From Scyliorhinus canicula (lineage: Eukaryota): 64,000 bases of DNA. Position numbers and translations under genes: made by a program. The notes under the pieces were generated by a model. It did no database searches and was not told the origin of the DNA. It was given only the letters and a program-made list of their open reading frames with translations. Positions 49,847-61,966 of the stretch are shown here, one piece after another; positions within the stretch are counted from its first letter, which is position 1; each line of letters begins with the position of its first letter. The DNA is taken from assembly GCF_902713615.1 (NCBI RefSeq), contig NC_052167.1, positions 16,217,983-16,281,982 on the forward strand, read 5' to 3'.

Positions 49847-50692
49847 CTAGTTCAGGTCCAGCTTTTCCTCCCGAACAAAAGTCCATGCCTCCTCTGGGGT
49901 CTCAAAGTAATGGTGCTGGTCCTTGTAGGTGACCCACAAACGCGCTGGCTGCAGCATTCCGAACTTGATCCTCTTTGCGTGCAGCACCGCCTTCGTCCGG
50001 TTAAACCGGGCCCGCCGCTTTGCCACCTCCGCACTCCAGTCCTGATATATCCGCACCGTCGAATTCTCCCATTTGCTGCTTTTCTCCCTCTTGGCCCACC
50101 TCAGCACTTTCTCCCGATCACAGAAACGCTGGAATCGCACCAGCACCGCCCTCGGGGGCTCGTTCGTCCTAGGCCGCCTAGCCATGACCCAATATGCTTC
50201 TTCCAGCTCCAGGGGCGATGGACCGGCCCCCTCTCCCATCAGGGAGCACAGCATCTCCGCTACATATTTCGGGAGATCAGGCCCCTCCAGGCCTTCTGCT
50301 AGGCCCAGGATCCTCAAGTTCTTCCGCCTCATTCGAGTGTCCAGCTCCTCAAAGCGGCTCTGCCATTTCAGGTGGAGTGCCTCGTGCACCTCCACCTTTC
50401 CCACGAGGACCGTGGCCTCCTCCTCCCTTGCAGTCATCTCCTGCTGCAGCTCTCTTATCGACGCCTCTTGGGTCGCCTGGGCCCCCATCAGCCTTGTGGT
50501 CGTCGCGTTCATAGACTCTAAGAGTTCCACTTTCAGCTCCGTAAAACACCGGAGGAGAGCGGCCTGCTGCTCCTCCGCCCATTTTCTCCAATCTTCTAGT
50601 GCGCCACCGGCCGCCATTTTGGTCCTCTTCCCCCGCTTTTTTCGGGGAGCTGCTGCCGCTTTTTTTGTCGCCCCACTCCGAGTACCGACCAT
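49847..50692 (-). CDS. LINE ORF1 (L1 ORF1p-like: coiled coil, RRM, CTD), intact
   Basis: RRKNLRILGLAEGLE, PRAVLVRF, RIYQDWS, FGMLQPARL; first ATG at 50692, stronger ATG (aaaATGG) at 50617. The track's 50803 start is a TTG. Confidence 0.88.
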   Translation of the reverse strand: MVGTRSGATKKAAAAPRKKRGKRTKMAAGGALEDWRKWAEEQQAALLRCFTELKVELLESMNATTTRLMGAQATQEASIRELQQEMTAREEEATVLVGKVEVHEALHLKWQSRFEELDTRMRRKNLRILGLAEGLEGPDLPKYVAEMLCSLMGEGAGPSPLELEEAYWVMARRPRTNEPPRAVLVRFQRFCDREKVLRWAKREKSSKWENSTVRIYQDWSAEVAKRRARFNRTKAVLHAKRIKFGMLQPARLWVTYKDQHHYFETPEEAWTFVREEKLDLN

Positions 50693-52899
50693 AAAGTTGG
50701 TCTCACTCTCCTCAGGGAGCCTTCCCCCACCGGGATTCGTCTTTACAGTACCGTCGGGGCCCTCCAATCGGCCCTTAAACACCTTTGTCGCTGGAGCTGC
50801 CAAATGTGCGACTTAGCTGGTCATAGCCGCAACCGGAAGTCCCAGAAGTCGAGGTTCTGAGGTCATTAGCCAAATATTGTTGCAGATGACTTGAGCACTC
50901 AGTTGTGATGAAATGTTTCACCTTTCGAGTGTGCAAAAGAGGAGAAAATACCTGTACAGTATGGTGTTTTGTTTGCTGAACTGCTGTTAATTGTAGTAGA
51001 GCAGTGTGTATCCTGAGTTCCATCAGAACCTACTATGACCAGGTTGGAGTTCAGAGGAATGAGAGAGGATCTTATTGAAATGTATAAGGGGGCTAGATGC
51101 TGAGAGGATGTTTCAGCTCGTGGGGGAACTAGGGGAACACAGTTTGAAAATAAAGGGCCAAATTGCTTCTCGCAGAGGGCCATTGGCCTTTGGAACTCTC
51201 TTCCAAAGAGAACAATAGAGTTTGGATCATCGGATATATTGGTGAGACAGATTTTTCATCGACAAGGTTTGTGGTTTGCAGGCAGGAAAGTGGAGTCAGG
51301 ACCACAATCAGATCAGTCATGATCTTATTGGATGTTGGAGCAGGCTTGAAAGACTGAAAAACGTACTCTAGCTCCTGTTGGTTATGACCTGTTGGAGCCT
51401 TTAAATATTTGTCTGGGGTTAAAGTTCTACAGTGCACATACAGTGGAACCTGCTGCGGAGACTGTGACATATATAGTTTGGAAAGTTACAATAACTCTGT
51501 GAATAAATAGAAAATAATTAATGATAAAACCTGAAATCACCAGTGATATGTCACTGTACTAATTTAACCGGACTTTGTATTGTGAAATCCTGAAAGCAAG
51601 GTGCAGGTTCGAGCTAGGCAGACTTTGGCTAGCAGTGCCAACATGGCGTATGTTGGGCTACAAGTTTGAAAATCGCAAAGAATGACACTAATGCAAAGTG
51701 CTTTTATCGTAACTTTTACATTTAAGAATCACAGTCAATGGCAAGTGCTGCTGCCAGTTCTGTGCTTCAGCTTTTTAAAAGTGCTTTATAGTGAGACTAT
51801 ACTGTTGGCACAAGATATGCAGGATTCTTAGCAGTGATAAGTTAAGGTTAATGACTTTTCCCGCATGTATGTCTCTGTTGTACTAGTCCTACCGAGTTCT
51901 TCCTGATGACTGCGGGTTTCTTATCGTAAAAGGAGCGCTTGTAGCTCATGGATATTGATTTTGGCCACATCAAGCAGTTCTAGTATTGCTGTTCTCTGCC
52001 AAATCCAGTCACTACTCTAGGATTATCCTGGCGAGTAAGGTTAGCCCCTGACTTCTTTTCTCCTACATCTATCGAACATATGCTTGCACGCAAAGAACTT
52101 GTGGCCTGTTTTTTGGTCACCAAGACTGGGACCACCTGTCCATTGCCTCTGCTGCAACTGTGCCAACCCCTTTCTCACCATATCATACCACCTTCAAGGA
52201 CGGCCTCCATCCTCTTGCTCACCTTTCTCTGGTTTTCTGCTTTCCTTTGTCCTCTTGCCTTGGTTACATAGATCAGAGAAGCTGGAGCTGTTCTTCTGGA
52301 GAAGAAAAGGCTGAGAGGGGATTTGGTAGAGGTACTCAAACCAAGGGTCTGGTTAGAGTAGATAGAGAGAAATCGTTCTCATTGGTGGAAGATTGTAAGA
52401 GTCAGTTGCACAACATGGCAGTGGAGATAACTCTTGGAATTGGGTAATTAGAGAGTTTCTAGGGTTGATCTCTTAAATCTAGTCAAAATGCCAGCTTTGC
52501 ATTCAGTAAATTGTAGTTTTTTTTTTCAGCCTTAGTGTTAAACAACCTCACTGCTAGAGATTGCTGTGGTTAGGTAATTAGGTAACTAGTTTGAACTGGT
52601 TTCCTAGCCATCAGTTCCTGACTCAGCTCAGAGGAATCTGAGCTATGGTTTAGCAAACACACAATGTAAGTCGCTTGAAGGTGGCAATGGAGACCAAGTG
52701 GCCTCCCAGAAAGGAATGCTCCAAGAGAGGAAAGCCAGAGACAGCGAAACCATCGATGCAGCCTCAAGGCATCAATTAGGTGTGCAGGTAGGCGATTGAT
52801 GACTTTTAAGTTTTACACCCTTCAAAATGGGACAATAGTTTAAAGATATAAAGTATGATACCAAACTTATAGCATGGCCCATTGAATTCCATAATATAA

Positions 52900-54000
52900 C
52901 ACTGCACAATCATTGGGTGATATCCTAAAATTGAAACCTAATTAATTAAATAAAAACCAAATTGAAGATGATGTGTTGCAGCTGGAGCATGTGGGAGCCG
53001 CAGCAACCACAGCCGCAGCAACCACAGCCGCAGCCGCAGCAACCGCAGCAACAGCAACCACAGCCACAGCCGCAGCAACCGCAGCCGCAGCAGCTACAGC
53101 AGGCGCACCTGCAGCTCGGGGTACTTTGGCGCAGAGTTGGTGAGCTGAAGCCTGAACTTCCGTCTCTGTGGAGGGGGACAGCTACCTTGACACTTGATCC
53201 AGGTGGCAGTCATCACAGACTGGTTTAGCAGAGGACTAAATCGCTGGCTTTTAAAGCAGACCAAGGCGGGCCAGTAGCACGGTTCAATTCCCGTGCCAGC
53301 CTCCCCGAACAGGTGCCGGAATGTGGTGACTAGGGGCTTTTCACAGTAACTTCATTTGAAGCCGACTTGTGACAATAAGCAATTTTCATTTTCATTTTTC
53401 ACAAGGTACTTCAGATTTAGACTGTGGTCAGTGATAAAAGGGGTTGACTGTAAGAGAGGTGGGTATGGGGATTCAGAAGGTAGCAGTTATCAGCAGGTTT
53501 GATATTCTTACAGCCTGTGTGGAAGACACCTGGGACTAAAGGGAGGAAGGGCAAACTGACCACAGTACTGTCGTGCAAGAAGCTGTTCAAGTTGTTCGAG
53601 CAGGGTAGGATGCGGGGGGTGGGGACATAAAGGAATGTATCTGTAGTCAGGACAGTATAGTTGGAGAAATAGTCACTTTTATCCTGCAGCCAAGATGCAA
53701 GTCCCGAGGCTGTGTTGTCTGCCGAGTGCCAGGGTTAAGGACATGTCCTTGGGGCTAGAGAATAAATTGGAGTGGGAGGGTCCAGTTGTCATGGTCCATG
53801 TGATAGGACATGGTTCTGCTGAGGGAGTATGAGCAGTTCGGGACAAAATTAAAAAGCATAACCACTGAAAGATAATCTCTGGATTACGACATGGGTCACA
53901 AGCAATTTGGTGTAGGGTAAATAAGGTCAAAGTTGAATGTGTGGCTCAAAGATTGTTGTGGGAGATATGGGTCTTGATTGATGGAGCAGCAGTACTGCAG
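52900..54000 (+). mobile_element. Decayed CR1 ORF1 region (zinc finger/leucine zipper and SGNH esterase) with SINE at 53220-53400
   Basis: MCCSWSMWE...RVGELKPEL, LCCLPSARVKDMS and PVVMVHV remnants. Confidence 0.6.
52997..53102. repeat. CAG/CCG/CAA-rich simple repeat (gcagcaaccacagcc-like)
   Basis: Tandem Q/P-coding triplets. Confidence 0.9.
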
Positions 54001-54257
54001 AACATGGGAGCTTTTACCAGATCGGCGCTGGACCAAGTGCATAAATCACAAACCTCTTTGGCCTGATTTGTGTCCCTGCAACAGCACTAAGTCTCGAATC
54101 AGAGCTTTAAATGGCATCCTCTGTAGCCTTTGATACAGTATGCCATGCCATCCCTTTCCAATGCCTAGCCTCCATTGTGCAGTGCCACTGGTTGACCTTT
54201 TGTTTTGTTTCAGTCTTTTCCATTCAACTATTATTTTGCTTCTCCAGCAATGAGTCT

Positions 54258-54545
54258 ATAGAATCCCTACAGTGCAGGAGAAGGCCATTCGGCCCATCGA
54301 GTTTGCATTGACCCTCTAAACAATCACTCCACCTTGGTCCACCCACCCGCCCGCTCTACCCCCATAACCCCATGAATTGATCATGGCCAATCCGCCTAAC
54401 CTGCACATCTTTGGACTGTGGGAGGAAACCGGAGCACCCCGGAGGAAACCCACACAGGCATAAGGAGAACATGCAAGCTCCATCCAAGGCCGGAATTGAA
54501 CCTGGGTCCATGGCAGTTTGAGGCAGCACTGCTAACCACCGTGCC
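54258..54545 (-). mobile_element. V-SINE with CR1-type tail
   Basis: Head, core and tail present. Confidence 0.85.
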
Positions 54546-55049
54546 TTCCCCTGCACTATTATCTCTCCAGTCCCTTCAGGTTTGGAACCCTCTTTGAGTG
54601 TACACAAATCTTTGCTCTATGTGTGACGTTTGCAATCTGGAGCTTTTAATGTCTAGCTAGGTCTTATCATAACTAATTTGGTTCCTTCTCTTTTCAGAGG
54701 TAATGCTGACACGTAGAAACCATCCATGGTACTGCCAAGAATAGCAGACCTTCTGGTTTTCTTGTTCATTATTCCTCTTATGACAAATGCCACCAAAAAC
54801 TAGCAGACTGACAGGTCATTTATCTCTGTGCCTTTGCCTAATAACAGTCACTACTTATAAAAGTAAAGTACTTGACCAGAAAAGATGCAGTAGTCAGCAT
54901 CGGTAAGTACTATCACCAGCAAATTTGCAGAACCAATTTGGTTTAGAGTCCTGAAGTTGGCACTTGTACTTCAATTTTTGTAATGCCCCATTGTATTCCA
55001 TGGATGTAGGCCGATAACTCTTTGGTGCACCCCCCCCCCCCAAAAAAAA

Positions 55050-55355
55050 AAACATTCGGCCCATTGAGTCTGCACTGACCCTTCCAAAGAACTCACCACC
55101 CAGGTCCACTCCCCAATCCACCCCACCCTATTCTCAAAACCTAATTTACACCGTCCCTGGACAGTAAGGGGCAACTCAGTGTGGCCCAATCCACCTAACC
55201 CGCACATCTTTGGACTGTGGGACGAAACCGGAGCACCCGGAGGAAACCCACGCAGACACGGGGAGAACGTGTAAACTCCACACAGACAGTCACCCGAGAC
55301 GGTAATTGAACCCGAGTCTCTGATGCTGTGAGGCAGCAGTGCTAACCACTGTGCC
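55050..55355 (-). mobile_element. V-SINE
   Basis: Head, core and most of the CR1-type tail. Confidence 0.85.
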
Positions 55356-56077
55356 GGTTAATATAATGGTTACTTTATCCTTAAACCAGCAATTAACTTG
55401 TAATTACAGCTGTATATAGTCCCTATAATATAGAAACATATTTAAGTGCTTCAGGGGCCTAATCTAAAATAAATGGGCACTGGGTTAATGCAGGCATAGT
55501 GACCAAAAGTTTGGGCGGTGTTATTTTAACAAGTATTTTGAGGAAGGAGAGAGAGTAGTCCTGTACTTCCAAAGCATGGATCTTAGATTGCTGAAGGCAA
55601 AACTGCAAATGGTGGGGCAAAAGGAGAGGGGGGGGGGGGGGGGGATGCATACACAGCCTGAGGACCAGGGAGAGCAGAACCAAGCTGGAAGATTGAGAGA
55701 GACAAGGCATTGAAAGGATTGAAACTTGGAAGATCAGAATTTCAAATTAATCCCTGGTTCTCCAACTAGTTTTCCAAATAGCGAGGTTGAGTGAGATTCA
55801 GTGCAAGGTGGGATATGGGCAGCAGTGTTTCGGATGTGGTGATGTTTATGGAGGGCAGAGGTTGGGAGCCTGGCCAGAACAACATTCGAATTATTGGGTT
55901 TGAATGGAATAAATGCATGGATGAGTGTTTAGGCTGCTGATGGATTGAGGTGGGAGTAGTGTTGAGTGGGTGGTGGAAGTAGGCAGTGTTTTTGCTGGGC
56001 AGGACATGAGATCTGAATCTTGGCTTTGCCGTGAGTACGAATCTGAAGTTTCAAACAATCTGCTTTATTGGAAGACA

Positions 56078-56403
56078 AAAGAAAATTACTGTGGATGCTG
56101 GAATCTAAAACAAAAAAAGAAAATACTGGACAATCTGAGCAAGTCTGACAGCATCTGTGGAGAGAGAAGGGAGCTAATGTTTTGACTCTGGATGACTCTT
56201 TGTCAAAACTCTTCAATGAAATCTCTGATCATGATATTTATTTTGCAATGGAAATAATGCTTGTGTTTGCTAGATTTTATTGTACATTTCAAAACGCGTT
56301 GACAAAGAGTCAGTCATCCAGATTTGAAGCATTAGCTCCCTTCCCTCTCCACAGATGCTGTCAGACCTGTTGAGATTGTCCAGTATTTTCTGTTTTTGCT
56401 TTA
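56078..56403. repeat. Inverted pair of Penelope-type terminal repeats
   Basis: 56105-56210 is the reverse complement of 56299-56400; ~90-bp spacer. Confidence 0.8.
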
Positions 56404-57290
56404 TTGGAAGTGTTGGTAAAGAGGGTAAGGGTTACCGATTTTCCTGCCAAAGGTATTTTTCAGAGAGATTGAAGGAATGGTTACCTCGTTCCTGAATGTT
56501 CTGGAACATATTTGTTCTCCGACTATTGTCTGAGGTGCACTATTGCTAGATTTCATTGTATATTTCATATCTGGGGAGCAGCTTGCTCCTTGTGCAGGGT
56601 TGGGCTGAAAGTATGAGTCACACAGGACAGAGAAAGCAATCCAAGATGTTGACATCGACGTTAGTTTCATCTTGTGCAATGTGTATAGGGTAGAGTTTCA
56701 TCAATTACCGTTAACATGGTTACCCACTTTGTCAGTTGGGATATTTTTGCGTATTGCTTGCAAAATGATCAAGTTCAAAGGTGAATTCCATCAAAAAAAA
56801 TTTCAGTGAAATAGTCTTGTTAAATCCATCTTGGTTTTTTTTTTGTGTATTGGGAGTGGTTACACCAATTCTAATAAAACCATGGAATAAGATTCAAACT
56901 ATTTCCGAAAGGTAATGAATCTATTTGCACATTTATTCAGCTTTCTGAGGAATGTCGGCATTGGTGGGCTTGAAGCCTGCACTAAAAATGGTACCTGACT
57001 GAATTCTTTCATACTGAGGCTGCACTGCAGATCATTTTTATTATCTGTGTTTCATAAACCAAAGATTGTAGCTAGAGTTATTTCTGTTTATATCAAAGGG
57101 CATTATCACTTTGAATGGTGTAGAAGACCACCTGGGGGAGGCGATGTCTTGCATTGAATTGCCTAAGTAAAGTGAGGAATCTTTATTCTTAGAAACATTC
57201 TGTGATACAATAGTAAAAAGAACCACATCACCAAATGTGTAGTCCCACCAGTTGTTCAACCTTTTGTGTTTGTTATTTTGCAGGTGAAAC

Positions 57291-57859
57291 ATGACTGGGA
57301 GCCAGTTTACTATCAGACGCTGGACCAGCAAACATGTGGCCAAGTGGCTAAAGGAGGAAGGCTTCAGCGAATATGTTGATCTTCTATGTAATAAGCACAG
57401 ACTGGATGGTATTGCCTTGTTGACTTTGACCGAATATGATTTACGCTGCGCTCCTTTAGAACTGAAAGTGTTGGGTGATATTAAAAGGCTTATGATGTCC
57501 ATTCGGAAGCTACAAAAGCAACATAAGGATATCTTGGTGGAGATGGGCTACGTCGGTGAAGAATGCCTTGTTGCACATGTTGGTAATTCATCACAAAGCA
57601 AAGACTGTCAGTGTAATGGTGTGGATCATTCCAGGGACAGTGGTGGTTCCAGTGGGGACTTGAGGACTGAACAATATCAGAATGGTAAATACAACAAATA
57701 TCAACCACGAAGACTTGACCCTGAGTTTTGGAAGACAGCTCTGAGTTCTGTTTATGTATTTGTAGTCTTTGGGTTTACATCGATTGTCATGGTAGTAGTT
57801 CATGAACGTGTGCCTGACATGCAAACTTATCCACCCCTCCCAGACATATTTCTGGATAG
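57291..57859 (+). CDS. SAMD8: SAMD8 / sphingomyelin synthase-related protein (SMSr), first coding exon
   Basis: Acceptor ttattttgcag|G at 57284, ATG at 57291; SAM domain ([17 protein letters not shown]...[17 protein letters not shown]), [10 protein letters not shown], first TM helix, [19 protein letters not shown]; donor AG|gtaagt, phase 2. Remaining exons lie beyond the window. Confidence 0.95.
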
Positions 57860-60114
57860 GTAAGTATGAAGTTAATGTGACTTTGTTTTATACGTTAAAA
57901 GTAACTTCACTACTCATGTACTTATTTATAACACTGGGACACAGCTACCTTTTCAAAACTGAGAAACTATTTCTGTAACCCAAACATGTGTTTGTTAGTC
58001 TGCTTTCCGCAAGCATCTAAGGCAATTTTTTGGAAACACTCAACAGGTCAGGCAGCGTCTGCGGAGGGAGAAACTATTCAAGTCTGTGACCTTTCTTCAT
58101 GATTCGCTCTCCATGCGTGCTGCCAGACCTGTTGAGCGTTTCCATCATTTACTGATTTTGTTTCAGATTTCAGCATCCACGGTACTTTGCATTTCTGGAG
58201 TGAATTTCGGTTAACTATCATTCCCAAAATGCTTCTAATATTCTTTTTTGTCTTTTTCTGCCCTCCTGTCTTCACTTTCTATTGTCCATTAAAGAGGTAT
58301 GGAAATTGAATTCAGGTAATAATCATTCATTCCTCTGCAGATTTACGCCTTTGTCTAAACTTTATTTGGGCAGAAAGCACGATTCTAATACACAAGCTTC
58401 AATTTCTTTTTGGACATTTTGGATGAACTCGGTCTTATTCCCCTCCAGTTCTATTAACAAAGGATGAGACAGAATCTGCTCACAGTACACAAGTGGTGCT
58501 CCGAACAAGGCATGCTGAGCATCCATGTTAGATTACCCTGATCATTTCTCTGCATTTTCATTGTGATCCACTTAGCCTCTGCTTGTTCCCACTCTCACCA
58601 AAGCAAATTGGAGATTTTCTACTGTGGTGGAAGTCAAACCCTTTTCGTCTACTCGAAAGCATCTCACTTTTTGAAATTACAACGATGCAAAGTCGTGATG
58701 CACCCTAAATGAGGGCTGGCAAATAAAACTTTGAATTTAAGATTCCTTTGGGCTTGAGTTTCCCCTATTCTCTACTGCATGAAGCATTGTTTACTGATTT
58801 GTGCTCCAAGACTAAAGAAAAGGCGCTGGCCTATACCCTCCGAGCAGTAGGGCATTGTGCCAGCGCTAAGATATGCTGGACTCCATGGAATGTCCGAGGT
58901 AAGGAATGCTTGGCAAATGCCCAGGATATTCAAACTTCCGTTGGACAATTTTCCTGCAATGGAAATTGATAAATTCTTGATTTCTCGAGGAATTAAGGGC
59001 TATGGGGAGAGAGCGGGTAAATGGAGTTGAAATCAACCATGATTGAATGGTGGAGTGGACTCGATGGGCCGAATGGCCTTACTTCCACTCCTATGTCTTA
59101 TGGTCTTATTAAGACTGAAATTGATTAATCATTCAAATGCTGATTTAAATTGCAATGCTGGCTGCTTCTGACTATCTTACAGTACTACTTAACCAGAAAA
59201 GGTGGGAAGAATTAAAACTACTTCCGACTCCTGGGTAACTGTAGTACTGACCCATCCTGATCCACCAACCCCCAAGGGGGTCCCTGGCTGTGGTGCCACG
59301 GGAAATCCCTCTACCTCCCGTGCACACATAGCTGCCTGCAGCCCTCCCAACACTGCCGGCTGCCTTCCTACTGCTAGTGATGTAAAAATGGGGGCATGGC
59401 TTCCTTATCTCTGACTCAGCTGCCATTGACAGAAGGCCTTAGGAACCCACTGCACTGCACCTTTCTCGCCCAGCCTGGATTGGAAGGTGAGGCGAGAGGG
59501 TTTCGGCTCCATTGCAGGGTAAGCAGCTAGGAGTAGAGTGACAATCTGACTGTGGTTGGCACTCCCTGGAAGTTATGACCCATTCTCTGAGTCGTGTAAC
59601 TGTTTTGAATCATCATAAATCAGGATACAACTGGCAGATAAATTGTGACAGTGCCAACAGACACATTGGATTGTAGCTATTGTGATATGCAGACTGCTTC
59701 AGATTTTTCTTTAAATAAATAGTTGCTGCATATCTTTGGATATCGAGTTGAATTACAGTCACTACAATTTGTTTACCATTAGATTATTTCTAAAGGATTA
59801 GAGTATTGATCTGAATCTAGGTGGAAGTGGCTTTTTTCAAAGAATATCAGGTGGGTTCTTTTGGTATCCTGGCCGATATTTATTCCTTGACGAGCATCAG
59901 AAAACCGGGTTCACTGGTCATTTATCTCAATCTTGTTTGCTAGGCATAAATTGGCTGTTGTGTTTGCAAACATCGTAACAGTATATATTTTAAAAGAAAT
60001 GAATTGTTTGTAAACTAAAACCAGAACATCATAATCATTCCGAGCATCTATTATTTTCTTTATCTCTTCTGCTGCTTCTGTTCATCCTCTGCTTCATTGT
60101 CTGACAGGAGAACG

Positions 60115-60149
60115 CACCTGAGGAAGGCGCTGCGCTCCGAAAGCTAGTG
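60115..60149 (+). ncRNA. Minimal type I hammerhead ribozyme-like motif in a Penelope-type fragment
   Basis: CAC CUGAGGA A GGCGC UGC GCUCC GAA AGCU A GUG; intact CUGANGA/GAAA core, one stem II mismatch. Confidence 0.6.
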
Positions 60150-60242
60150 ATTCGCTAATAACCTGCTGAACTTTAACCTGCTGTTATAGGAGAACTCATG
60201 TAGGACCATCTGAATTCCTGAGCAGCTTTTAATATGTATGTA

Positions 60243-60435
60243 TGGGCGGCATGGTGGCTCAGTGGTTAGTCGTTCTGCCTCATAGTGCCAGGGACCCTGG
60301 TTCAATTCCAGCCTTGGGTGACTGTCCAGAGTTTGTATGTTCTCCCTGTGTCTGCATGGGTTTCCTCTGGGTGCGCCAGTTTCCTCCAAAGATGTGCAGG
60401 TTAGGTGGATTGGCCATGATAAAAATGCCCTTTGG
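60243..60435 (+). mobile_element. V-SINE (partial)
   Basis: tRNA-like head and core. Confidence 0.8.
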
Positions 60436-60887
60436 TGACCAGGGATTTGCAGGGGTCCTATGGAATGTAGATCAGTATGTTTAGAGTGGTATCTCCTTTT
60501 CGAAATTAACTTTTGAAGGAATTCCTACTCGGTTACCAGGTGCAATCTGCCTAGCAATCGTGTTATAAAGTGCCTTTACAAAGAAGAACAAGAGGATTTC
60601 AATAAATGTAATAATTCTAAGCTTCACACAATCAATTTCAGTAGAGTACAAACAGACCTCTCTGAGACTAAGAGCCAGAAAGGTTGCAACTTTAGATTTC
60701 CACTGCGGTTAAAAGTTGAACTGTTTTACCAATGTCATCAGAAAGGGAATCGTGGCCGGGTCTGAGTGCATTAATCACAAACTAGATGTAAACAGCTTCA
60801 AGATATTGCTCTCATTTCTGATCAGTGGCTTATGGACCAGTCGATGGCGAAGCTGCCTCCCTTTTTAAATTCCAGTTGACACTGCAA

Positions 60888-61966
60888 AGAACAAAGAAAA
60901 TTACAGCACAGGAATAGGCCCTTCGGCCCTCCCAGCCTGCGCCGATCTAGATCCTTTATCTAAACCTGTCGCCTATTTTCCAAGGATCTACTTCCCTCTG
61001 TTCCCCGCCTGTTCATCTATCTGTCCAGATGCATCTTAAATAATGCTATCGTGCCCGCCTCTCCCACTTCCGCTGGCACCCACCACCCTCTGCATAAGAA
61101 AAACTTTCCACGCACATCTCCCTTAAACTTTCCCCCTCTCACCTTGAAATCGTGACCCCTTGTAATTGACACTCCCACTCTTGGAAAAAGCTTGTTGCTA
61201 TCCACCCTGTCCATACCTCTCATAATTTTGTAGACCTCAATCAGGTGCCCCCTCAACCTCCGTCTTTCCAACGAAAACAATCCTAATCTACTCGACCTTT
61301 CTTCATAGCTAGCACCCTCCATACCAGGCAATATCCTGGCGAACCTCCTCTGCACCCTCTCTAAAGCATCCACATCCTTCTGGTAATGTGGCGACCAGAA
61401 CTGCAAGCAATATTCCAAATGTGGCCTAACCAAAGTCCTATACAACTGTAACATGACCTGCCGACTCTTGTACTCGATACCCCGTCCGATGAAGGCAGGC
61501 ATGCTGTATGCCATCTTGACCACTCTATCGACCTGCGTTGCCACCTTCAGGGTACAATGGACCTGAACTCCCAGATCTCTCTGTACATCAATTTTCCCCA
61601 GGACTGTTCCATTGACCATATAGTCTGCTCTTGAATTAGATCTTCCAAAATGCATCAGCTTGCATTTGCCTGGATTGAACTCCATCTGCCATTTCTCTGC
61701 TCAACTCTCCAATCTATCTATATTTTGCTGTATTCTCTGACAGTCCTCCTCGCTATCTGCAACTCCACCAATCTTAGTATCATCTGCAAACTTGCTCATC
61801 AGACCACCTATACCTTCGTCCAGATCATTTAAGTATATTACAAACAACAGTGGTCCGAGCACGGATCCCTGTGGAACACCACTAGTCACCTTTCTCCATT
61901 TTGAGACACCACTACTCTCTGTCTCCTGTTGCCCAGCCAGTTCTTTATCCATCTAGCTAGTACACC
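60888..61966 (-). mobile_element. CR1 LINE 3' portion
   Basis: GVPQGSVLGP, KFADD, RPHLEYCLQFWSP and 3' tail ending (tctttgt)-like at ~60888. Confidence 0.93.

Larger units (their letters stand above)
44878..50843 (-). mobile_element. Near full-length L1/Tx1-clade LINE
   Basis: Short 5' UTR starting ggacttccggtt, ORF1, ~0.9-kb spacer, ORF2 with APE, RT and CCHC; 3' end lost in the gap. Confidence 0.95.

Noticed and set aside
50073-50816. 247-aa antisense ORF as an L1 ORF0 analogue
   Set aside because: Shadow frame of ORF1; similar shadow ORFs occur along ORF2.
51840-52050. SAMD8 promoter or first non-coding exon
   Set aside because: Only an E2F-like TTTCCCGC and weak donor-like sites; no CpG island. 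It cannot be placed from sequence alone.
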